Assembly (NCBI GenBank): GCA_913046335.1
Contig: CAJWSU010000004.1
Coordinates: forward strand, 30,260 to 94,259
Length of the DNA: 64,000 nucleotides
Reading direction: 5' to 3'
From: an uncultured Pelagibacterales bacterium
GTDB lineage: Bacteria; Pseudomonadota; Alphaproteobacteria; TMED109
The position numbers were made by a program, and so were the translations under genes. This document shows positions 25,095 to 35,654 of this stretch, piece after piece. The notes under the pieces are model-generated. The model made no database searches and was not told where the DNA came from. It was given only the letters and a program-made list of their open reading frames with translations. Numbering within the stretch: position 1 is the stretch's first letter; the number at the start of each line of letters is the position of its first letter.

Positions 25095-26921
25095 ATGGTA
25101 AAAAAACAAGAATTACAAGAAGTAGAATCGTTTGCTGAACTTTTTGCAAAACAAATAGAATTAGATGATAAAATAGAAGGTAAAGTTGTAAAAGGCACAG
25201 TTATTTCTATTGATAAAGATATGATTAATATTGATGTAGGCTATAAAGCTGAAGGTCGAATAAATGTAAGGGAATTTTTAGGTAAAGATAAAAGTGTATC
25301 TCCAAAAGTAGGTGATATTGTAGAAGTTTATTTAGAAAGAGTTGAAAATAAAAATGGGGAAGCTATTTTATCAAGGGAAAAGGCAAGAAGAGAAGAGTCT
25401 TGGGAGACACTAGAAAAGGCTTCAGAAATAAAAGAAAAAGTAACTGGGACGATATTTGGAAGAGTAAAAGGTGGTTTTTCAGTAGATTTAGATGGAGCTA
25501 TAGCATTCCTTCCTGGAAGTCAGGTTGATGTAAGGCCTACTCGTGATTCTCATCATTTGGTTGGTAGCAGTCAATTATTTCATATTTTAAAAATGGATAG
25601 AAGAAGAGGAAATATAGTAGTTTCTAGACGTTCAGTCTTGGAAGAATCTAGGGCTGAGGCAAAAGCAGAATTAGTTTCAACTATGGAAGAAGGTCAAATA
25701 TTAGAAGGTATAATTAAAAATATTACTGATTATGGCGCTTTTGTTGATCTAGGAGAAGTTGATGGATTATTACATGTAACAGATATTTCATGGAAAAGGA
25801 TAAGTCATCCATCAGAGGCTCTTTCTATAGGACAAAAGGTCAAAGTTCAAGTTATAAAATTTAATTCGGAAACACAAAGAATTAGTTTAGGAATGAAGCA
25901 ATTAGAAGAAGACCCTTGGGAATTAGCACAGAATAAGTATAAGGTTAAAGATAAGTTTTCTGGAAGAGTTACTAACATTACTGACTATGGAGCTTTTGTC
26001 GAGCTAGAATCAGGAATAGAAGGATTAGTCCATGTATCAGAAATGAGTTGGACTAAAAAAAATATGCAGCCTGGAAAAATTGTTTCAACCTCTGAAGAAG
26101 TTGAGGTAATAGTTTTAGAAATTGATTCAGCAAAACGTAGAATTAGTTTGGGCATGAAGCAATGTAAACCTAATCCTTGGCTAGATTTACAAGAAAATCA
26201 TAAAATAGGTTCTGAAGTAGAAGGTGAAGTTAAGTCAATTACAGAGTTTGGTTTGTTTATTGGCCTGCCAGGAGAGATGGATGGTTTAATTCATCTTTCT
26301 GATTTAGCTTGGAATTCTAGTGGTGAAGATATAATCAGTAATTTTAAAAAAGGCGATTTAGTAAAAGCTAAGTTATTAGAAATTGATGTAGACAAAGAAA
26401 GAGTTAGTTTAGGAGTTAAGCAGCTAACTAAAGATCCAATGGCTAATAATAAAGATTTAGTTAGAGGAAATATAGTTACTTCTGTTATAAAAAGCATTAC
26501 AGAAAAAGGTTTACATGTTGAGATTAGTGAGGGTGTTAATGGTTTTGTTAAGAAATCAGAGTTAGCTAAAGAAAGAGGAGATCAAAGAGTGGACAGGTTT
26601 GCAGTTGATGAAAAAATTGATGGAAGAATTATGTCTATAGATTCTAATACAAGAGAAGTTAATTTATCAATTAAGGCCCTACAGGTAGCAGAAGAAAAGC
26701 AGGCTATGAAAGATTATGGTTCTGTAGATTCTGGAGCATCTTTAGGAGATATTCTTGGAGCTGCTTTAGAGGAAAAAGCTAACAACACAGAAGAAAAGCC
26801 AAAAGCAAAAAAAACAACTAAACCTTCTTCAAAAAAAGCTTTACCAAAGAAGACTGTTGCTAAAAAAGCTTCTACTAAAAAAACTGAGCCTAAAGAAAAA
26901 AAACCAAAATCTAAGAAATAA
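25095..26921 (+). CDS. rpsA: 30S ribosomal protein S1 with a Lys-rich C-terminal tail
   Basis: Six S1 repeats are present (for example GIIKNITDYGAFVDLGEVDGLLHVTDISW). The tail reads KPKAKKTTKPSSKKALPKKTVAKKASTKKTEPKEKKPKSKK. Confidence 0.97.
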   Translation: MVKKQELQEVESFAELFAKQIELDDKIEGKVVKGTVISIDKDMINIDVGYKAEGRINVREFLGKDKSVSPKVGDIVEVYLERVENKNGEAILSREKARREESWETLEKASEIKEKVTGTIFGRVKGGFSVDLDGAIAFLPGSQVDVRPTRDSHHLVGSSQLFHILKMDRRRGNIVVSRRSVLEESRAEAKAELVSTMEEGQILEGIIKNITDYGAFVDLGEVDGLLHVTDISWKRISHPSEALSIGQKVKVQVIKFNSETQRISLGMKQLEEDPWELAQNKYKVKDKFSGRVTNITDYGAFVELESGIEGLVHVSEMSWTKKNMQPGKIVSTSEEVEVIVLEIDSAKRRISLGMKQCKPNPWLDLQENHKIGSEVEGEVKSITEFGLFIGLPGEMDGLIHLSDLAWNSSGEDIISNFKKGDLVKAKLLEIDVDKERVSLGVKQLTKDPMANNKDLVRGNIVTSVIKSITEKGLHVEISEGVNGFVKKSELAKERGDQRVDRFAVDEKIDGRIMSIDSNTREVNLSIKALQVAEEKQAMKDYGSVDSGASLGDILGAALEEKANNTEEKPKAKKTTKPSSKKALPKKTVAKKASTKKTEPKEKKPKSKK

Positions 26922-27008
26922 AATTAATTTTTATAATATTTAATGACAAAGTTATCTTAGATTGTTTATTATTTATTATAAGAATAAATTTTTAGATAAG
27001 GTTATTAT

Positions 27009-27287
27009 ATGACTCGAAGTGAACTCGTTGATGTAATTAAAGATCAATGCCCATATTTAGAAAATAAAGAAGTTGAAAATGCAGTTAACTTATTTTTTTC
27101 TGAAATAATTACAGGCTTATCTTCAGGACAAAGAGTAGAGCTTAGAGGTTTTGGGTCTTTTTCTATAAAAAGTAGATCTCCTAGAGTGGCAAGAAACCCT
27201 CGCACGGGAGAAAAAGTTGAGATAGGAAGTAGGTTGTTGCCATATTTTAAAACAGGGAAAGAACTTAATATTTTAATTAATTCCTAA
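27009..27287 (+). CDS. ihfB: integration host factor subunit beta
   Basis: The translation has MTRSELV...RVELRGFGSFSIKSRSPRVARNPRTGEKVEI, the HU/IHF fold and arm. Confidence 0.9.
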   Translation: MTRSELVDVIKDQCPYLENKEVENAVNLFFSEIITGLSSGQRVELRGFGSFSIKSRSPRVARNPRTGEKVEIGSRLLPYFKTGKELNILINS

Positions 27288-27310
27288 GTTCTTAATTTAG
27301 GATAAACATT

Positions 27311-27520
27311 ATGTTTATGAAACTTTTTTCTAAATTATTATTTATCATTTTGTTCTTTTTTGTAATATTTTTCTCAATTGCTAATTCAGAGAAGGTTAAC
27401 ATAGGAATGTGGCCGTTTGAAAACAAAATTATAATTCCTTTATTTTTTTTAATTTTAATTTCTTTAACTGCAGGAATATTCATAGGCTTATTTATATCTA
27501 TACTTTCTAAAAAAAAATAA
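27311..27520 (+). CDS. LapA-domain (DUF1049-like) small inner-membrane protein
   Basis: 69 aa with two TM helices. Its position after ihfB is typical of alphaproteobacteria. Confidence 0.6.
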   Translation: MFMKLFSKLLFIILFFFVIFFSIANSEKVNIGMWPFENKIIIPLFFLILISLTAGIFIGLFISILSKKK

Positions 27521-27536
27521 ATTAGGAGAATTTTTA

Positions 27537-28241
27537 TTGAACTCTAAAAAAAAAATAATAGTAGCTATAGATACTATAGATACAAATGAGGCATTAAAAA
27601 TTACTAAACTTATTCCTGATGTTGGAGCATTTAAGTTGGGCTTAGAATATTTTTGTGCAAATGGCCCAAAGGGTATTAGTAAAATTTCAGAAACAGGTGT
27701 GAAAATTTTTCTAGACCTAAAGTTTCATGACATACCAAATACTGTTGCAGGAGCTATAAGAGCATCTTTGAACTTGGAACCTTATATGATGACAGTGCAT
27801 CTTTCAGGTGGTTATAATATGCTTGATAGGACGATGGAAGAAGTAAAGGAATATTGTAGTAAAAAGTCTTTAAAGAGGCCATTAATTTTAGGTGTTTCTG
27901 TTTTAACTAGCATAGATAATAATGAATTTAGTTCTCTTGGAATAAAAGGAAAAGTAGAGGATCAGGTTGTTCGTTTAGCAAAATTAGCAGAAAATTCCGG
28001 CCTAGACGGTCTAGTTTGTTCTGCAAAAGAGCTAAAAATAGTTAAAAGGGAGGTTGGTAAAAACCTTATTTTAGTAACGCCAGGTATAAGGCCAGCTGGA
28101 GGAGAAGTTAATGACCAGAAAAGGATATTGACTCCAGCTCAAGCAATTAAAGACGGTGCTAATTTTTTAGTTATAGGTAGACCTATAACTAGCGTTGATG
28201 ATCCTCAGGAAGCTCTCAATAATATCTCTTTAGAAATATAA
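27537..28241 (+). CDS. pyrF: orotidine 5'-phosphate decarboxylase
   Basis: TTG start. The translation has IVAIDT, FLDLKFHDIPNT and VIGRPIT. Confidence 0.95.
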   Translation: MNSKKKIIVAIDTIDTNEALKITKLIPDVGAFKLGLEYFCANGPKGISKISETGVKIFLDLKFHDIPNTVAGAIRASLNLEPYMMTVHLSGGYNMLDRTMEEVKEYCSKKSLKRPLILGVSVLTSIDNNEFSSLGIKGKVEDQVVRLAKLAENSGLDGLVCSAKELKIVKREVGKNLILVTPGIRPAGGEVNDQKRILTPAQAIKDGANFLVIGRPITSVDDPQEALNNISLEI

Positions 28242-28243
28242 AA

Positions 28244-28903
28244 ATGAATTTATTTCCTAAAGTAAAATTCTGCGGATTATCTAATTATGATGATGTTGCT
28301 TTAGCATGCGAGCAGCAAGCTTATTGGGCAGGATTTATCTTTGTAAAAGGTTCTTCTAGGTATATAAAAATTGAAGAATCAAAAAGTATTATTTCTTTAT
28401 TTAAAAACAAAATAAAATTTGTTGGAGTTTTTGTAAATCCTTCAAATGATCATATAAAAAGAGCAATAAAAGCAGGAATTGATAATATCCAGTTGCATGG
28501 ACAAGAAACGCCTAAAAGATGCAAAGAAATTAAAAATATTTTTAATATACCTATAATAAAAGCTATTCCAATATCTATAGAATTAGATTTAAAGGTTATC
28601 GAAGATTATTCAGGAACGTGCGATTATTTTCTATTTGATACAAAGAACGAAAATAAAAATGGATATAATGGAGGTACTGGAAAAACTTTTGATTGGAATA
28701 TTATAAAAAATAATAAATTATGGCTAAATAAGCAGAAGCCTTGGATATTGTCGGGTGGTCTTAACTCAAAAAATATTGAAGAAGCAATTAAATTTACAGG
28801 CACAAAAGCTGTAGATGTTTCTTCTGGTATAGAGTATAATCCAGGTATTAAAAGTAAGAAATTAATGCAGCTATTTGTGAAAAAAATAAAAAATATAAAA
28901 TAA
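28244..28903 (+). CDS. trpF: phosphoribosylanthranilate isomerase
   Basis: The translation has VKFCGL, IQLHGQE and SGGLNSKNI. It lies upstream of trpBA. Confidence 0.9.
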   Translation: MNLFPKVKFCGLSNYDDVALACEQQAYWAGFIFVKGSSRYIKIEESKSIISLFKNKIKFVGVFVNPSNDHIKRAIKAGIDNIQLHGQETPKRCKEIKNIFNIPIIKAIPISIELDLKVIEDYSGTCDYFLFDTKNENKNGYNGGTGKTFDWNIIKNNKLWLNKQKPWILSGGLNSKNIEEAIKFTGTKAVDVSSGIEYNPGIKSKKLMQLFVKKIKNIK

Positions 28904-28914
28904 AAGGTTTAACG

Positions 28915-30129
28915 ATGAAAGAATCATTAAATTCATATAAGAGTGGGCCAGATGAAGAAGGTTTTTTTAATATACATGGTGGCAGATTTGTCGCTGAAAC
29001 TTTAATGCCTTTAATATTAGAGCTAGAAAAAGAATATAAGAAAGCAAAAAGTGATAAAGCTTTTGCTAAAGAAATTAAATATTGGAATAAACATTATATA
29101 GGAAGGCCATCACCTTTATATTTTGCATCCAGAATTACTAAGGAACTAGGAGGAGCAAAAGTATATTTTAAAAGAGATGAACTAAACCATACTGGTGCAC
29201 ATAAAATTAATAATTGCATAGGCCAAATACTTCTCGCAAAAAGAATGGGTAAGTCTAGAATTATTGCGGAAACTGGTGCCGGCCAACATGGTGTAGCTAC
29301 TGCAACAGTATGTGCACTTTTTGGTTTACCGTGTACAGTTTATATGGGGGCAAGAGATATAGAAAGACAAGCGCCTAATGTGTTTAGAATGAAATTATTA
29401 GGTGCAAATATAATTGCAGTTGAATCTGGCTCAAAAACTTTAAAAGATGCGATGAATGAGGCGCTAAGAGATTGGGTGTCAAACGTTGAAGATACTTTTT
29501 ATATAATTGGAACAGCAGCAGGTCCCCATCCTTACCCTATGTTAGTAAGAGATTTTCAATCAGTAATTGGAGAAGAAACCAAAGAACAAATTATAGATGC
29601 TGAAGGTAGGCTTCCTGATAGTTTAGTTGCATGTATAGGAGGTGGATCAAATGCATTAGGTCTCTTTTATCCTTTTCTAGATGATACGTCAGTTAACTTA
29701 TACGGAGTAGAGGCTGCAGGTAAAGGATTAAACACAGATATGCATGCAGCATCTTTAACCTTGGGGTCACCTGGAGTATTGCATGGTAACAGGACTTATT
29801 TACTGCATGACGATGACGGTCAAATTACAGAGGCTCATTCTATTTCTGCAGGCTTAGATTATCCTGGAGTAGGACCTGAACATTCTTATTTAAAAGATGT
29901 TAATAGAGTGAATTACGTAGCTATAAAAGATAAAGAAGCTTTAGATGCTTTTCAATTTTGTGCTAAATATGAGGGTATACTTCCAGCTCTAGAGCCTTCT
30001 CATGCTTTAGGCCATGTGATAAAAATTGCTCCTAAATTAAATAAAGACCATATTATTATAATGAATTTATGTGGTAGAGGCGATAAAGACGTATTCACAG
30101 TTGCAGAAGCACTAGGAGTAAAATTGTAA
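28915..30129 (+). CDS. trpB: tryptophan synthase beta chain
   Basis: The translation has [11 protein letters not shown] (PLP lysine), [10 protein letters not shown] and GGGSNA. Confidence 0.98.
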   Translation: MKESLNSYKSGPDEEGFFNIHGGRFVAETLMPLILELEKEYKKAKSDKAFAKEIKYWNKHYIGRPSPLYFASRITKELGGAKVYFKRDELNHTGAHKINNCIGQILLAKRMGKSRIIAETGAGQHGVATATVCALFGLPCTVYMGARDIERQAPNVFRMKLLGANIIAVESGSKTLKDAMNEALRDWVSNVEDTFYIIGTAAGPHPYPMLVRDFQSVIGEETKEQIIDAEGRLPDSLVACIGGGSNALGLFYPFLDDTSVNLYGVEAAGKGLNTDMHAASLTLGSPGVLHGNRTYLLHDDDGQITEAHSISAGLDYPGVGPEHSYLKDVNRVNYVAIKDKEALDAFQFCAKYEGILPALEPSHALGHVIKIAPKLNKDHIIIMNLCGRGDKDVFTVAEALGVKL

Positions 30130-30962
30130 TGCATCATCCAAAAAGAATAGAGACTAAGTTTGAGGAGTTAAAACATAATGATAAAAAAGGGTTAATAACA
30201 TTTATCACGGCTGGTGATCCTAATTATGAGTCATCCTTAGAAATTTTAAAAAAATTACCAGATTCTGGAGCAGATATTATAGAAATAGGTATGCCATTTA
30301 CTGACCCAATGGCAGATGGGCCTGGCATACAAGCATCATATTTAAGGGCATTAGAAGGAGGTCAAACTCTTAAAAAAACAATTCAATTAGTAAAAACTTT
30401 TAGAGAGTTTAATTCTAATACTCCTATTGTTCTTATGGGTTATTATAATCCTATATATAAATATGGAGTTGAATCATTTATAAAAGATATAAAAGAAATA
30501 GGAGTGGATGGTTTAATAGTAGTAGATCTTCCTCCTGAAGCTGATAGAGAGCTTTGTATTCCTGCCAATGAAAATAATATTGATTTTATTCGTCTAGCCA
30601 CCCCTACTTCTAGTGAAGAAAGACTTCCTAAAATAGTAGATAATGCTTCTGGTTTTTTATATTATGTATCTGTGGCTGGAATAACTGGATCAAAAGCACC
30701 AGAAATTTCTAGTATCGAAAGAAAAATAAAAATAATTAGAAATTTCACAAATATACCAATAGCTGTTGGTTTTGGAATAAAAACACCTGAGCAAGCATTT
30801 AATATTTCTAAAATAGCAGATGCAGTAGTAGTTGGATCTGCAATCATTGATAAGATAAAAGAGGCCTATGAGAAAGATAAAAAAAATATTAAGTTAATAG
30901 CAGATTCAGCTGCTGATTTGGTTAAAAGTTTATCTGCTGTATTAAATAAGAATAAAGAATAA
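30129..30962 (+). CDS. trpA: tryptophan synthase alpha chain
   Basis: The translation has IEIGMPFTDPMADGP and YYVSVAGITG. Its start overlaps the trpB stop. Confidence 0.97.
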   Translation: MHHPKRIETKFEELKHNDKKGLITFITAGDPNYESSLEILKKLPDSGADIIEIGMPFTDPMADGPGIQASYLRALEGGQTLKKTIQLVKTFREFNSNTPIVLMGYYNPIYKYGVESFIKDIKEIGVDGLIVVDLPPEADRELCIPANENNIDFIRLATPTSSEERLPKIVDNASGFLYYVSVAGITGSKAPEISSIERKIKIIRNFTNIPIAVGFGIKTPEQAFNISKIADAVVVGSAIIDKIKEAYEKDKKNIKLIADSAADLVKSLSAVLNKNKE

Positions 30963-30973
30963 AGGAAAAATAA

Positions 30974-31849
30974 ATGAGCTGGTTGTCAAATTTTGTAAGA
31001 CCAAAAATAAGAGCACTTGTTAAAAAGTCTGATACTCCTAATAATCTTTGGGTTAAATGTAATAACTGCGGAACAATGGTTTATCATAAAGATTTGAAAG
31101 AGACTTTAAATGTCTGCCCTACCTGCAACCATCATATGAAAATGTCTGCACGCCAAAGGATTAATTGGGTTTTAGATAAAGGCACAATTACAGATGCTAT
31201 TATACCTCAAACAATATCTGACCCATTAAAGTTCAAAGACAATAAAAAATATACAGATAGACTAAAAGTATCTAAAGGAAAAACTCAAAATGAAGACGCT
31301 ATTATTATAGCTAGAGGTAAAATAGGAAGTAATAATGCAGTAGTGGCGGCTTTAGATTTCGGTTTCATGGGAGGGTCTATGGGGGTTGCTGTAGGTGAAG
31401 GTTTGCTAGAAGCAGCAAAAGAAGCAATAAATCATAATTTTCCTTTAGTAGTATTTACTTCATCTGGTGGAGCGAGAATGCAGGAAGGAATTTTTTCTTT
31501 AATGCAGTTGCCAAGAACAGTAATAGCCGTGAATAAATTAAAAGAAAATAATATCCCTTATATAGTGATTTTAACTGACCCAACGACCGGAGGAGTAAGC
31601 GCATCTTTTGCTATGCTTGGAGATGTAACTTATGCAGAACCAGGTGCATTGATTGGTTTTGCTGGGCCTAGAGTAATTCAAAGTACTGTTAATGAAACTC
31701 TTCCAGAAGGGTTTCAAACATCTGAATATCTTTTAGAGCATGGTATGATTGATGATGTTGTGCCTCGTAAAAACTTAAAGGCAGTAATTGCAAATACTAT
31801 TATGCATTTAGGAAATAATATTACTAAACAGAAATTATCTAGTCATTAA
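30974..31849 (+). CDS. accD: acetyl-CoA carboxylase carboxyltransferase beta subunit
   Basis: A zinc ribbon (CNNCGTMVYHKDL...CPTCNHH) is followed by GFMGGSMG and SGGARMQEG. Confidence 0.97.
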   Translation: MSWLSNFVRPKIRALVKKSDTPNNLWVKCNNCGTMVYHKDLKETLNVCPTCNHHMKMSARQRINWVLDKGTITDAIIPQTISDPLKFKDNKKYTDRLKVSKGKTQNEDAIIIARGKIGSNNAVVAALDFGFMGGSMGVAVGEGLLEAAKEAINHNFPLVVFTSSGGARMQEGIFSLMQLPRTVIAVNKLKENNIPYIVILTDPTTGGVSASFAMLGDVTYAEPGALIGFAGPRVIQSTVNETLPEGFQTSEYLLEHGMIDDVVPRKNLKAVIANTIMHLGNNITKQKLSSH

Positions 31850-33138
31850 TGAGTAGCAGAATATTTCAAGAAGAAATTGAAAAATTTACTTCTAACCATC
31901 CTAGAGTTATTGACCTTTCATTAGATAGGGTCGAGCGTTTACTGTACAAATTAAATAATCCTCATTTGAAATTACCTCCTGTAATACATGTCGCTGGCAC
32001 AAATGGTAAAGGATCTACTATTGCATTCCTTTCTGAAGCTTTAATATGCGCCGGAAAAAAAATACACGTATACACTTCTCCTCATTTAATAGAAGTCACA
32101 GAAAGGTTTAGAATTGCAAATGATATAATAAGTTATTCAAAATTATTTGAGACGTTAGATTATTGTCTAGAGATTAATAATGGAGATCCAATTACTCAAT
32201 TTGAACTGCTAACCTGCATTGCTTTTTTACTAATGTCTAAAAGTAAAGCCGATGTTGCAATAATTGAAACAGGTTTGGGAGGACGCTTGGACGCTACTAA
32301 CGTAGTTGTAAAACCACTCTTAAATATAATAACTAGTATCTCTATTGATCATACTGATTTTTTGGGCAATACTTTAGAACTTATAGCTAGAGAAAAAGCA
32401 GGAATAATTAAAAATAATACTCTGTGTATTTCAGCACCCCAGCACCCTGAAGTAGAAAAAGTAATAATAAAAAAATGTGCTGAAAAAAAAACAACATTAA
32501 TCGTATGTAAGGAAACCACTTTTTTTAAAGAAATTAAAGATGGTTTTGAGATCAAAGGATTAAATAATCATAAATATACTTTTCCTAGTCCCTCTCTTAA
32601 TGGCAGACATCAAATAGTAAATGCAGTTCTTGCAGCTACTTCTCTTATTTCTTGTTCTCAATTTGGCATAGGCATTGATTATATTAAAGAAGCTATTGCT
32701 TCTACTAATTGGCAAGGGCGACTAGAAAAAATCAATAAAGGAAATATCCAAAAACATATTTCAAGCTCTACTGAGGTTTGGATAGATGGAGGGCATAATA
32801 TAGCAGGTGCCAAAGCAATTCAAAAATGGGCACAGGAGGGAAAAGTAAAAAAAATAATTTTGGTTTGTGGTTTTTTAAAAAATAAAGATGCAAAAACTAT
32901 ATTATTAATTTTAAAAAACATTATTAATTATATAGTTTTTGTACCTTTACAAAATAATAAGAATTGTTATTCAGTTAATGAATTAACAAGCATAGCTAAA
33001 ACTTTAGATCTTAAGTCTTATATAAAAGCCTCTGTTAAGGAAGCTTTATATTCTGATCTAATTATACCAAAATCTAAGGTTTTAATATTTGGATCTCTAT
33101 ATTTGGTCGGTGAAGTATTAAATTTAGATAAAAGTTAG
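31849..33138 (+). CDS. folC: bifunctional folylpolyglutamate synthase/dihydrofolate synthase
   Basis: The translation has HVAGTNGKGST and ETGLGGRLDATN. Confidence 0.93.
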   Translation: MSSRIFQEEIEKFTSNHPRVIDLSLDRVERLLYKLNNPHLKLPPVIHVAGTNGKGSTIAFLSEALICAGKKIHVYTSPHLIEVTERFRIANDIISYSKLFETLDYCLEINNGDPITQFELLTCIAFLLMSKSKADVAIIETGLGGRLDATNVVVKPLLNIITSISIDHTDFLGNTLELIAREKAGIIKNNTLCISAPQHPEVEKVIIKKCAEKKTTLIVCKETTFFKEIKDGFEIKGLNNHKYTFPSPSLNGRHQIVNAVLAATSLISCSQFGIGIDYIKEAIASTNWQGRLEKINKGNIQKHISSSTEVWIDGGHNIAGAKAIQKWAQEGKVKKIILVCGFLKNKDAKTILLILKNIINYIVFVPLQNNKNCYSVNELTSIAKTLDLKSYIKASVKEALYSDLIIPKSKVLIFGSLYLVGEVLNLDKS

Positions 33139-33455
33139 ATATTTTTGTCAATCCATTCCTTAAGCTCAGTTTTTGAAGACATTCCTACTTTAGTATCAAT
33201 TAGTTCTCCATTATTAAATAGCAGCATCGTTGGAATGCCTCTTATTTGATATTTTCCTGGTGTTTCAGGGTTGTCATCTACGTCCATTTTTCCGATAGTA
33301 ATTTTATTACTATATTCTTCAGAAATTTCTTCAAGAATAGGACCTATTTGCTTACAAGGACCGCACCATTCTGCCCAAAAATCAATAATAATAGGCTCTT
33401 TCTTGTTAATAACAGTTTCTTCAAATGTTTCATCAGATATTTTTATAGTGCTCAT
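33135..33455 (-). CDS. trxA: thioredoxin
   Basis: The translation has FWAEWCGPCK and GIPTMLLF. Confidence 0.97.
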   Translation of the reverse strand: MSTIKISDETFEETVINKKEPIIIDFWAEWCGPCKQIGPILEEISEEYSNKITIGKMDVDDNPETPGKYQIRGIPTMLLFNNGELIDTKVGMSSKTELKEWIDKNI

Positions 33456-33490
33456 AAGTTCAGGTCCTTGTTAATAAAGTTAAATATAAT

Positions 33491-34909
33491 TTATACATCT
33501 TGGTATTTTATTTCAATATCTTCAATTAAATTATTTAAATCATTTAAATTATTTAAGGTGCTTACATCTTTCTCTTCTTCATATTTTGCTCTTAGGTCGT
33601 CAATGTCTTTGTATGCCTTTGGAATAGTATTCCATTTTTCTTCATTCGTACTAAAAATTTGTGTTGCTATATGCCTATTTATTTTGTTTAAATTTTCCTT
33701 AGGCAGTAACGAAGATTTTTCCTCATATATTAATCTTTCTGCAAAATAATAATTTCTTTCATCTTTAAATTTATGGGCAATTTTTAATTTATTCTCCCAT
33801 GGAGACATATGAAATTCTTCCATAACTATTTTTTCATAATTATTAGAAAATGAATGATAAATTGTTTCTTCATAATTTATATCTTCTTGTGATATAAAAT
33901 CTTCTTTTTCCAAAGCTTTTTTTTCTAGAATTTTTTCAACTGTTTGTTTGAAATTTGTATTTGAACTTATAATATTAGCCCTTCTTAAGAGCTCTTTTTC
34001 AGATATATGCTTATATTCATTTATCTTAGAAACATGATTAGAATTCATAATAATTGGACTTTTATTACTTTTAAGGTTTCTTATAATTTTTGGACTTTTT
34101 GACATAAAATGTTCTAAGGATTCTGGAGTTAAATTGATATAATCTTCAGGATTATTTTTGAGATCAAAACATTGTGCCCATTTATATTTTGGATGATGGC
34201 ATAATAAAGATACAATAAATGGCATAGTTTTTCCGAAAAATGTTTCAGTTATACAAAATATTTTATTATTTTTAATTATAAAGTCTGTCTCTTCCCGATT
34301 TGTTGTTAATAAACTTGCTTCCCATAATTCAGGGTTTTTATTTTTAATAAGTTCAGCTAGTTTAATAGTTGCTATTGTATCTCCTATAGCATCATGAGCG
34401 CTAAAATCACTAATACCATTAAATGGTGCTACTTGATCTAGCTTAAATGATAGCTTACCTTTTTCATTAAGTGGAATCTTTATACTGTCTGGAAAGTAGG
34501 CGTGATTAGCTCTTAGAATATTTAATAGATCAGATCTTTTATTTCCATTATTTAGAGTAAGATAAGGATCAAATAAAGTTTTGAATAAAGACTTTCTTAA
34601 AAACTCTTCATCAAAACTTATTGTATTATAACCTATATATATTGCAGATCCCCAAGATTTAAACTTCGCTAACATTAGCTCTATAAGTGAAAAATGTGAT
34701 AGTTTTGTCTTGGTTAAATCACTGGTAGAACTTTTATTAACAAGTATGGCTTGTGGGTAAGGTATAATGCCAGGTCTCAAGCAGCATCTAGATTCAAATC
34801 GATCTATTTCTTGGAAGCAAGAATTAGTTAGTACTGCGCCAACTTGGATAATTTGGTCCCAGTTGCTTTCTCTTCCTGTAGTTTCAAAATCATAAAATAT
34901 ATAATTCAT
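33491..34909 (-). CDS. sbcB: exodeoxyribonuclease I
   Basis: The translation has FYDFETTG, GYNTISFDEEFLR, FDPY, R.DLL and AHDAIGDTIAT, and the length is that of ExoI. The ATG at 34909 overlaps the murU stop by 1 nt (TAATG). Confidence 0.85.
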   Translation of the reverse strand: MNYIFYDFETTGRESNWDQIIQVGAVLTNSCFQEIDRFESRCCLRPGIIPYPQAILVNKSSTSDLTKTKLSHFSLIELMLAKFKSWGSAIYIGYNTISFDEEFLRKSLFKTLFDPYLTLNNGNKRSDLLNILRANHAYFPDSIKIPLNEKGKLSFKLDQVAPFNGISDFSAHDAIGDTIATIKLAELIKNKNPELWEASLLTTNREETDFIIKNNKIFCITETFFGKTMPFIVSLLCHHPKYKWAQCFDLKNNPEDYINLTPESLEHFMSKSPKIIRNLKSNKSPIIMNSNHVSKINEYKHISEKELLRRANIISSNTNFKQTVEKILEKKALEKEDFISQEDINYEETIYHSFSNNYEKIVMEEFHMSPWENKLKIAHKFKDERNYYFAERLIYEEKSSLLPKENLNKINRHIATQIFSTNEEKWNTIPKAYKDIDDLRAKYEEEKDVSTLNNLNDLNNLIEDIEIKYQDV

Positions 34910-35646
34910 TATTTGTAGTTCTCTAGCCAAATATTTGATTCATCAAGAGCATTCATAGTTCCAATATGCAACCATTTTTGGTAATTAATCGTTCCCCAAA
35001 TAGTATTGTCCTTAATAGCCTGATCATAGCAATAATTTAAAGAGAATACATTTTTATTTACCTTATTTACTACATTAGGATTCAAAATTTGCCATCCAGT
35101 AAATGCAAGCCCAGAATTAATATTTCTGGTAATTTTTGATGGGTCAGTTTTATTAGTAAAACTGAAATCACCATTATCATTATAACCAATGGAGTTTTGA
35201 AAGTTATCTAATAATAAAAGAAAGTCCATAGTGCCAATATCAAATTTTTTTATCATTAATGACAAAGGACTGATATCTTTAAAAGGCATAATAAGTGAAT
35301 CTCCATTTATAACTATAGTAGGTTTGGTATTATATTTATCTACAATATTTTTAATTGCACCTCCTGTTTCTAATATTTCTTTTTCTTTTATTACTATAAT
35401 TTCCATAGATTTATTTAATGTCTTATATTTTTCTATATATTTTTCAATTTTTACGGAAAGATAATGGACATTGATAAAACATTTTTTAATTTTATTTTTT
35501 TTAAGCTCTTCTAAAATATAATAAATAATAGGCTGGTTATTTAACTTTACTAGAGGTTTAGGGGTAGTAAGGGTTAGAGGACGCATCCTTGCTCCAAATC
35601 CAGCAGCAAGAATAATAGCTTGGTCAATTTTTAGTTTTTTATACAT
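34909..35646 (-). CDS. murU: sugar-1-phosphate nucleotidyltransferase (MurU-like MurNAc-1-P uridylyltransferase)
   Basis: The translation has ILAAGFGARMRPLTLTTPKPLV. It follows the amgK-like kinase. Confidence 0.7.
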   Translation of the reverse strand: MYKKLKIDQAIILAAGFGARMRPLTLTTPKPLVKLNNQPIIYYILEELKKNKIKKCFINVHYLSVKIEKYIEKYKTLNKSMEIIVIKEKEILETGGAIKNIVDKYNTKPTIVINGDSLIMPFKDISPLSLMIKKFDIGTMDFLLLLDNFQNSIGYNDNGDFSFTNKTDPSKITRNINSGLAFTGWQILNPNVVNKVNKNVFSLNYCYDQAIKDNTIWGTINYQKWLHIGTMNALDESNIWLENYK

Positions 35647-35654
35647 TTTAATAC

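Noticed and set aside
27292-27483. A minus-strand 63-aa ORF competing with the plus-strand 27311-27520 ORF.
   Set aside because: The plus-strand product is a two-TM LapA/DUF1049-like protein in the conserved position after ihfB. The minus-strand product has no features.
33246-33749. A 167-aa plus-strand ORF overlapping trxA and the 3' end of sbcB. It is long for an AT-rich genome.
   Set aside because: It is entirely antisense to two well-supported genes. Its translation is low-complexity F/S/L/I-rich, the mirror of K/E/N-rich coding sequence. It has no SD and no recognisable motif.
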